Below are positions 55,775 through 64,000 of a stretch of DNA of 64,000 nt, piece by piece. Numbering within the stretch: position 1 is the first letter of the stretch; each line of letters begins with the position of its first letter. Made by a program: the position numbers and the translations under genes. Under the pieces are notes generated by a model that was not told where the DNA came from, searched no databases, and worked only from the letters and a program-made list of their open reading frames with translations. The DNA lies in the NCBI GenBank assembly GCA_951406725.2, contig OX597816.1, positions 95,356,001 to 95,420,000 on the forward strand, written 5' to 3'. The stretch comes from Octopus vulgaris. Lineage: Eukaryota.

Positions 55775-56662
55775 AACACAAATATATATATAACGTATAA
55801 TTTATTTTGCTTGTAAATTTACGTATCTATTTGTCTCTGTGTCGTACTCTTATTCTTTTCCTTTATCTTCACTCTTTTATCTTCCTCTCTTTCTCCTTTT
55901 CTCTCTCACCATCTTCCCTCTCTGTTTTTCTCTATTTCTTTGACCTCCACTTTTTCTCTTTCCTCCCACTACCACGTCATTTGTGACCATTGGTTGTTCA
56001 GCTTCATTTTTTCGTTTCGTCATTCATGCTTCTCCCTGTCTCTCAAGTTCTCTACTTTCAGCCTTGGGTTCGTATTTTTCACCTTCCGCCTTTCCAGTTC
56101 TATAGGACATTTTTCATTACGTTACTTATACACACTTCCTGTCATGTCTCAGAAACTTACGGTCTTTATATGGGTTGTATAGCGTTTAATTTATTTTCTT
56201 AGTATATTTGCATTTATACCTGACATATTTCTTATTCGTTACCGTCGTTGTAATCAATCTCTTGCGTGTAAATTTTCCCTTCGTTCTTTGTCGTGCTTTT
56301 TTTTTTAATTTTTGAATCTTATATGTAGCTAAGTTCATGGTACAAAGCATTCAGTCATTATCTGAGAGGTGCCGAGTTTTATTCCCCGTAGGCGCCAGCT
56401 GGCAACTTTTTTCCCGTCTTCTAAGTGTAATATATCCAATCTTTCTCAACAGTTTTTACAGCAATACGGCGTTCGAAATTTACTTTCTTTCTTGCTTGTA
56501 AAATACCCACACAATTGGCGCGTCTAAAGTGGTTGTGTGGTAAGAAGGTTGCTTCTCAACCACATGGTTCCAGGTTCAGTCCCAATGCGTGGCATTTTGA
56601 GCAAATCAAAACCTTGTCAGTGGATTTGGTGGACGGAAATTGAACAAAGCTCGGCCTATATG

Positions 56663-56713
<51 letters not shown>

Positions 56714-56918
56714 TAAAAAGGGGTTTGTATGATTGTGTATAAGAGGGATATATATTATTCACAGAAATTCCAACTCTGTTTTTTATGTTTTATATATATT
56801 TTTTATAATATTTATGTAGAATATAGAATATATTGTATAAATAATATCTATATAGTAAAATGAAATGAAGTATTGATTGTCTTATTGAATAGATGAAATC
56901 ATTAATATAAAAGATTAA

Positions 56919-56962
56919 GGGACTAGTATACTTTCATGCGTTATAGCAGTCTTCAAGGTCCC
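56919..56962 (-). ncRNA. Compact hammerhead-like motif with a one-base insertion before the core
   Basis: Minus strand GGGAC CUUGAAGA C UGC UAUAAC GCA U GAAA GUAUAC UA GUCCC. Confidence 0.6.
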
Positions 56963-57142
56963 AGGTTGTGACAGGTGTATTTCAACTGTAGTTGATTGAC
57001 TCAGTCGACAACTGCTGAAGGGTCGTTCTTTATGTTACTCGTCCTGTTTTCCATTTGTTTCTCTCGTTGTTTGCATATTGAATTGATTTGTTTTAGTATT
57101 TCATGTTGTTTACTGTTGGTGACATCCTGTACCCATATATGC

Positions 57143-57206
<64 letters not shown>

Positions 57207-57370
57207 ATATATATATATATATGTATATATATATAGATATATGTAATGCATATATATCATATATATATATATAACGTATATATATATATAGGATAACATT
57301 TTTAGGAAAAAAATTTATCAATGGCCAGCATATTAAAAAACAACTTTGAGGTTATAAATTTAACCTTTAA

Positions 57371-57418
<48 letters not shown>

Positions 57419-57649
57419 GCGTATATATATATTATTTATGTATATACATATATCTTTTTAAATAAGGGCATAGAAAACATTTTTCCTCTTTGCCTACATA
57501 TTCAAAAGAGACGCTAAGTCGTCGAGCTCAGCAGAGGACACGAGGAAATACACACCCACAGAAAAGCAGACGCAATGTCACGCATATATATATATATATA
57601 TATATATACGTGTGGGTGGGTATATATATATATATATGCATCTTTTAAT

Positions 57650-58035
57650 TTTTTACTTGTCTCAGGTTTTAGACTGCGGTTACGCTTGGGCACCGCGTTG
57701 GAGAAATTTTAGTCGAACATATCAACCCCAGTGCTCACATTTTAAAAAGCCTGCTACTTATTCTATCGGTAACCGGTATGTGACGGGGACCTAAGCACAC
57801 CGGCATCGATTGTCAAGCCGTGGGTGGGGGTACAGATACAAAGACACACACATAGATATATATATTCCTATAGATGACAGGCTTCTTTTCTAGTTTCCGT
57901 CTACCTAATCCACTTACAAGGCTTTTGTCGGCCCGAAGCTATTGTTGAAGGCACATGCCCAAGGTGACACACTGTGGAACTGAAACCTGAACCATGTGAT
58001 TGGGAAGCAATCTTCTTACTATACAGCCGCACTGT
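57650..58035 (-). mobile_element. SINE family A
   Basis: Reverse complement of the family-A head and body. Confidence 0.7.
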
Positions 58036-58261
58036 GTATATGTATATTGCCACTGGGTTTGTGTATGATGATATATTAGCGGAAGTTTTATAAGTTTAAG
58101 ATAGCGTATTCAAGTCGCAGTGCGATTTAACACGGATTCGTGAATTCGCAAAATGCAGCCATGCCTAGACCGGAATTTTATGTCACTATTTTCCTCGGCG
58201 TTATCGATGCTGTTTCATGAAAGTGATATATTTTTTACTTTGTTTCTATTGTATTCATTAT

Positions 58262-58465
58262 AGACATCATCATCATCATGATCACCATCGTCATCATCGG
58301 CATATTCTTCTTCTTCTTCTTCTTCTTCTTCTTCTTCTTCTTCTTCTTCTTCTTCTTCTTCTTCTTCTTCTTCTTCTTCTCCTCCGCCTCCTCCTCCTCC
58401 TCCTCCTCCTCCTTCTTCTTCTTCTTCTTCTTCTTTTTAAAACGAAAGTTGTATATTTTATCATT

Positions 58466-58509
<44 letters not shown>

Positions 58510-58520
58510 TATCATCATCT
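58262..58520. repeat. Compound trinucleotide microsatellite (CAT)n-(CTT)n-(CCT)n-(CAT)n
   Basis: Direct reading. Confidence 0.95.
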
Positions 58521-58887
58521 CGATGCCCCCCCCACCTTTCATCCTTCTCTACATCTGTCTGCTATGTGACAGCAGTGAAATAAACTGTCCATTTTAAACA
58601 CAGCCTGAAAACTACTGATATTGCTTATTGCTGCATTGCAGGTGCCAAATGGTATTCCATAGATACACCTGGGATTTCAATTTCAGATATTTTTTTTAGA
58701 TCGAATTTTCTCGAAATATGCATTAGGTACTTGACTAAGATTTGTTAAGGCATTTTTTGTCAGACAAAGCAAGTACGTGTATTTATCCGATAGGTAACAA
58801 AATTTTAGCGGTTTGAATCACATTAATTGCCATAACTTGTGTATCACATTCCACGAAAATCTGCATTTCCATAGGCAATAAATACTA

Positions 58888-60042
58888 TCAGGTCATCCCA
58901 TAAGTTCTGTCAGTATGTTGAATAAAGAAAGCAAGTGATCAAGTGTTATATTTAATTGAAATTTAATCATCAATGTACTTTCCCTGATCATCTATGACTT
59001 CCTTCCATCTATTGACAAGCTTTTAAATCCCATCAATATAAAACTCTTTTGGTTTCAAAGCGAAGAACTCTTAAATGTCAGCTTTGACCTCCTCCTGGCT
59101 TGCGAAAGTTATGTCCCCCAAATGATTCTGTAAACTACGAAACAAATGGTAGTCTGAAGGAGTAAGGTCGGGAGAATAAGACGGATGAGAAATGTTTTCC
59201 CAACCAAGCTCTTCGATCTTCTGTGATGTGATCTTTGCAGTGTGAGGTCGTGCATTGTCCTGATGAAACATCACTCCTTTTCGATTCACTAAAGAGGAAC
59301 TTTTTTCTTCAAAGCTTGGTTCAAACGTTTGAATTACTGACAGTAGACTTGAGCATTGATTGTTGCATTAGGTGGTAACAATTCAAAGTGAATTAATCCT
59401 TTGTAATCCCACCTTCTCGGTTGTGGTTGAGCTTTTTTTCCTTTTATCAAGCCACTGTTTACGACGTTTAACATTTAGATAGAAGATCCATCTTTCGTCA
59501 CCAATCACAAGTCTATCCAAAAAGAGTGAAATGAGTTCGCGAGAATGGAGAGAAGAGCAGATGTCAACTCGGGATTTGCGATTGCTTTCGGGCAATTCAT
59601 GAGGCACCCATTTTCCAAATTTAGGAACTTTTCAAAGTTGTTGAAGATGATGAGGAACAGTCGTATGGTTTGAACTAAGCTTTATTGCCAAAACTGAAAT
59701 CTCCACTTCTGAATTTTGAAAACCATCTTCTGCAAGTTCTTTCATTCAAGCATTGTTTCCCATAAACTGAGTGTATCTTTCGAGTTGCTTCGGCTGCAGA
59801 ATTTCCTTTTTTGTACTCATAAAGCATCATGTGCCTCAAATGCTCTTTGGATACTTCCGTGTTAGAAAGGGTTTTAATCAAAGAAATTTTAATTCTATTA
59901 TTCTGTAAGATAATATTTAATTAGCTTAAATGTACACAAATACATAAAAATAATTTTTAATTCCATTAGACATTCTAATACTATTAAATTTTATTCAGTT
60001 TTAAAGAAGGTGAAATCGGACAGATCTTATGGGACAACCTGA
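58888..60042 (-). mobile_element. Mariner transposon with both TIRs, TA target duplication and a broken transposase
   Basis: TIRs TCAGGTCATCCCATAAGTTCTGTC / GACAGATCTTATGGGACAACCTGA flanked by TA; motifs WVPHEL, GDERWI, HQDNARPH and YSPDLTPSDYHLF. Confidence 0.95.
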
Positions 60043-60630
60043 TATATACGGAACATGTCTGTCTAGTTTATTTAATCTCGATGAAAACTGGGCAGAAAAA
60101 TGTAAATATTTCCTTGGCCAGTTAAAATTGCATCATGAAACTCGTTTAGAAACGTATAAATTACTTCAACCTAACATGCTTTTGAATGACAAAGTAGCAA
60201 GGATGCCTCTAGGTGGCGGATCAACCTGCTGGAAATAGCAGCCAAATAGCTTTAAATTTACACACTACAGATTTAAAGCAAGAAAATTTGGGATAATATA
60301 ATCCTAAAACATGGTAATCTTTCATCAGAGGTGTGTTCAATCAGAACTAAATTCATGCCAATTAAAAACTTCAGAATGAACTACTAGCCATTAGATCTTT
60401 TGATGAGTGCTTTTGACAATTTTGCTGTAAAACCATTAATCTGGTGCAATGATATCGTCAAAGAGAAGCGGAACGCGTGAAAGTCAACGGCTATGCGATA
60501 GTGTACACGCATACAGATATGCACACACACAGACTCCCACCTCTCATACACACACATAATGAAATGTTAGCGCTAATCAGTGTTTAGGTATAAGCAGAAT
60601 TTAGGTTAGTTGAAATATGTTTATGATATA

Positions 60631-60965
60631 CTAGCAGTATCGCCCGGCGTTGCTCGGGTTTGTAAGGGAAATAACTATATAAGCATTTTTAGAGAGTTAT
60701 AGCCAAAAAATAGCAAAAAATGCATTAAAAATGGAAAACAAATGATGGTAATTTTTTTTAAAATCGTTGACTCATCGTACACATTTTTAGAGAGTTACTT
60801 CCCTTATATAATAGCGAAAAAAATGCATTAAAATGGAAAAATGTGATGGTAAATTATTTTTAAAATCGTAGACTCGTCGTAGACGCTCGCTAATACCCAG
60901 AGGGGCTCGATATGAATCATGACTACAAGATACCCGGTTTTGGTTAAACTGCACCGCAAAATGTG
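60631..60965 (-). mobile_element. Non-autonomous Helitron, 5'-truncated mosaic
   Basis: 3' hairpin plus CTAG; body joins 19528-type and 10276-type segments. Confidence 0.82.
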
Positions 60966-61230
60966 ATTTCAACTGCTAAAAGGCAAATACACTGCAGCTA
61001 CCGTGGAGAATATATCTCTCTTATGGTAAAAAGGTGTGAAAATACCCGCTTCGTTCAGTGTCGCTATCTATAAGTAATCTTAGACATTGCTTTTTTAAGC
61101 TTCTTGACTCTTGTTTATGAGTTGTAGCTAAGAGTGGCAACTCTCTTAGGTACATTTCTGCAGTGCATTTGCCTTTTAGCAGTTCAACTTTGTCACAAAC
61201 ATATTTCAACTAACCTAAATAATATAAGCG

Positions 61231-61350
<120 letters not shown>

Positions 61351-61449
61351 TGTATGTATGTATGTATGTATGTATGTATATGAACATATGTGTGTGTCTG
61401 TGCGTGTGTAGCCGTGGGTGTGTATATAATCTTCATATATATATATATA

Positions 61450-62290
61450 TATATATTATAATAAGGGTGTTGAATGATTACAACACAAGTCTACTAGACC
61501 TCAAATGGTCTATGAACCACATAGATTATTATATATCATACATACCATAAGCGCAAATAATGTACATGCATTTTGCACGTATTCACTAATTAAAATCCAA
61601 GTGCTTATTTCGACCATGTGCATATTTACTCAGAATAGTTCTCCAGTAAATGTGTTATAGGAGTGAATTATTATATATTTTTATACGTAATTAGGAGAAA
61701 ATCATTATTTAATGATTTATCAGTGACCAGCATACAAAAAATACCATAATGGTTAATTTATATTAAAATTATAATAAGGGTGTTGAATGAGTACAACACC
61801 AATCTGCTAGAAATAGACCACAAATGGTCTATGAAACACTTAGATTATTACTCCGTTACACAAGGTTGTAAACGCGGTAGCACATGGTTGAAATAGGCGC
61901 TGGGATTTTAATTCGTGAATACGTGGGAAATGCATGTACATTATTAGTGCTTATGGTATGTATAACGTATTTTCCATTCATTCACGTTCGGTATGTTGCC
62001 ACTGGTGATCGAAAAGGATTTTAATAACTCAAACTGTGAACTCTATAGATTTGGTGCTATCTAAATTATTTTATAAATTTTCGCTGTCTATTTTCCTTGC
62101 TTACAACCTTGCGTAGGGGTTAATAATATAAGTGGTTCATAGACCATTTAGGGTCTATTTCTAGCAGACTGGCGTTGTAATTATTTAACACCCTGATTAT
62201 AATTTTAATATAAATTAACCATTATGGTATTTTTAATAAGATGGCCACGGATAAATCATTAAATAATGATTTTGCCCTAATTACGTATAT
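61450..62290. repeat. Rearranged PLE-type repeat with direct and inverted copies
   Basis: TATAATAAGGGTGTTGAATGA at about 61457 and 61770, inverted at about 62100-62290; 61535-61620 is inverted relative to 61880-61965. Confidence 0.8.
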
Positions 62291-62299
62291 ATATATATA

Positions 62300-62682
62300 C
62301 TAGCAGTATCGCCCGGCGTTGCTCAGGTTTGTAAGGAAAATAACTATAAAGCATTTTTAGAGAGTTATAGCCCAAAAATAGCCAAAAAATGGGAAAAAAA
62401 TGATGGTAAATTTTTTTTGGAGAGTTAAAAAAGGTGGAGTTGCGTCCCCTAGACGGTCTGTGGTTTGGGTTTCTGATTCTCGACCCCATGTCGAATTTAT
62501 CGATTTTTTTCAGAACTGGGGGAACTTTTCAAAATTTTCGCTGCGTTAGTTTTGAATTATGACATTGGGCTATGTGTGTGTCAAGTTTCATCAGAATCGG
62601 TTGAAAGCCGTGGTCAGAGTGAGGGTACGAGAAAACAGACACACAGAAAACGCACAGACAAACTGCCGTTTATATAGAGAGA
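62300..62682 (-). mobile_element. Non-autonomous Helitron, same family as 19528
   Basis: Near-identical to 19528-19911, including both termini. Confidence 0.88.
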
Positions 62683-62694
62683 TATATATATATA

Positions 62695-63197
62695 TTTCGT
62701 TTTGGGATTTGGTTTGCAAGATTCTTTATATGAGTTCGTGTGTTGAAGCATATTCTGTTGTGTCTGGGGAGAGTCATTCTCTCTTAGTGCCTTATTATTT
62801 AACACACTCACTGGTAAAAGTTCCACTTATTTCTTATTTTTATTTTCTAAAATTTTCGTTGCGTGTTGCAACCTTTTAAATAGTCAAGACAAACTATTGA
62901 AAAGGTTGCAACACGCAACGAAAATTTTAGAAAAAAAAAAGAAAGAAGTTGAACTTTTACCGGTGAGTGTGTTAAATGGTTAATTTATATTAAAATTATA
63001 ATAAGGGTGTTGAATGAGTACAACACCAATCTGCTAGAAATAGACCACAAATGGTCTATGAAACACTTAGATTATTACTCCGTTACACAAGGTTGTAAAC
63101 GCGGTAGCACATGGCTGAAATAGGCGCTGGGATTTTAATTCGTGAATACGTGGGAAAAAGAGGCACTAAAAGAGAATGACTTTCCTCAGACACAACA

Positions 63198-63200
<3 letters not shown>
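62695..63200. mobile_element. Fold-back PLE-type element with hammerhead-like motifs at the hairpin centre
   Basis: 62755-62883 is inverted at 62894-62975 plus 63158-63198; flanked by (TA)n. Confidence 0.82.
62894..62930 (+). ncRNA. Minimal hammerhead-like motif with U3-A8 core (mutated inverted copy at 62847-62883)
   Basis: CTA TTGAAAA G GTTGC AACAC GCAAC GAAA AT TT TAG. Confidence 0.6.
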
Positions 63201-63254
<54 letters not shown>

Positions 63255-63289
63255 GTATGTATATATATATGTATATATATATATATGTA

Positions 63290-63328
<39 letters not shown>

Positions 63329-64000
63329 ACACACACACTCAAACACACACACACTTGTATATATACACATCGCATACGCATGTACGTACAAGACATATAC
63401 ATATTTGTATTCTTCCATACATATTAGTAAACATATGGATGTCTTTGTATCAGTATATACATGGGTATGTGCCTCAATATATAACTAGGAAGATTAATGA
63501 CAGTTATACTGATAGATAGATAGAAAGACAGATAGATAAAAAGATAGATAGACAGTCAGGTACACCAATGCATATATAAACATACACACATGCACATATG
63601 CACGCACATAAATACACACAAACACACTTTTTGTAATGACGAAGAAAATTTTATCATATAAGATTTTCAATTGTTTGAAGGATAAAAGACTCTGACCACG
63701 GAACCGGATGCTGTTTTCCGTTACAAGTGAGTATTTTTATTAAAAGCGGAAACGCACCATTTCCATAAGAATGATAGCAATGCAATAAAACATATATAAT
63801 TCTTTGTAATTTCTTGTAGAAGACATTTACATTATTTTCTTGCGATTTGTCTTTCAGCTGTAAACTAATACAAAATTAGTTTCTCGTCAATTTGAATTTT
63901 GATTTCCATTATAGTTAATGAAGCAGATGAAGACGGAGAAAAAGAGCGAAAACGAAATAAAAGAAAGTTAATTCGATTATTTATATCATTCTTTCAACTC

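Noticed and set aside
58217-58597. Poly-His/Leu/Ile and poly-Arg ORFs
   Set aside because: They are trinucleotide microsatellite translations.

Overview
AT-rich animal genomic DNA, very likely octopus (inferred from the huge (TA)n/(CA)n/(TATC)n/(TATG)n tracts and tRNA-headed SINE families). No host gene can be convincingly assigned, and most ORFs in the supplied track are microsatellite artefacts. The window is a dense mosaic of mobile DNA: an internally deleted Helitron with a long open STPR-like/Zn-finger/Rep ORF plus five non-autonomous Helitrons, RTE and L1/Tx1-like LINE fragments, a mariner with both TIRs, Tc1/mariner fragments, many SINEs, a tRNA-Gly pseudogene and Penelope-like (GIY-YIG) fragments. 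The main hidden signal is about 15-20 type I hammerhead ribozyme (HHR) motifs from roughly ten unrelated short repeat families. Three have canonical cores and well-paired stems (26286, 26774, 42784), and two families carry a compensatory U3-A8 core. They sit in Penelope-type pseudo-LTR elements that mostly abut (TA)n tracts and often form fold-back inverted repeats. All structures were read by eye; coordinates of degenerate elements are approximate.
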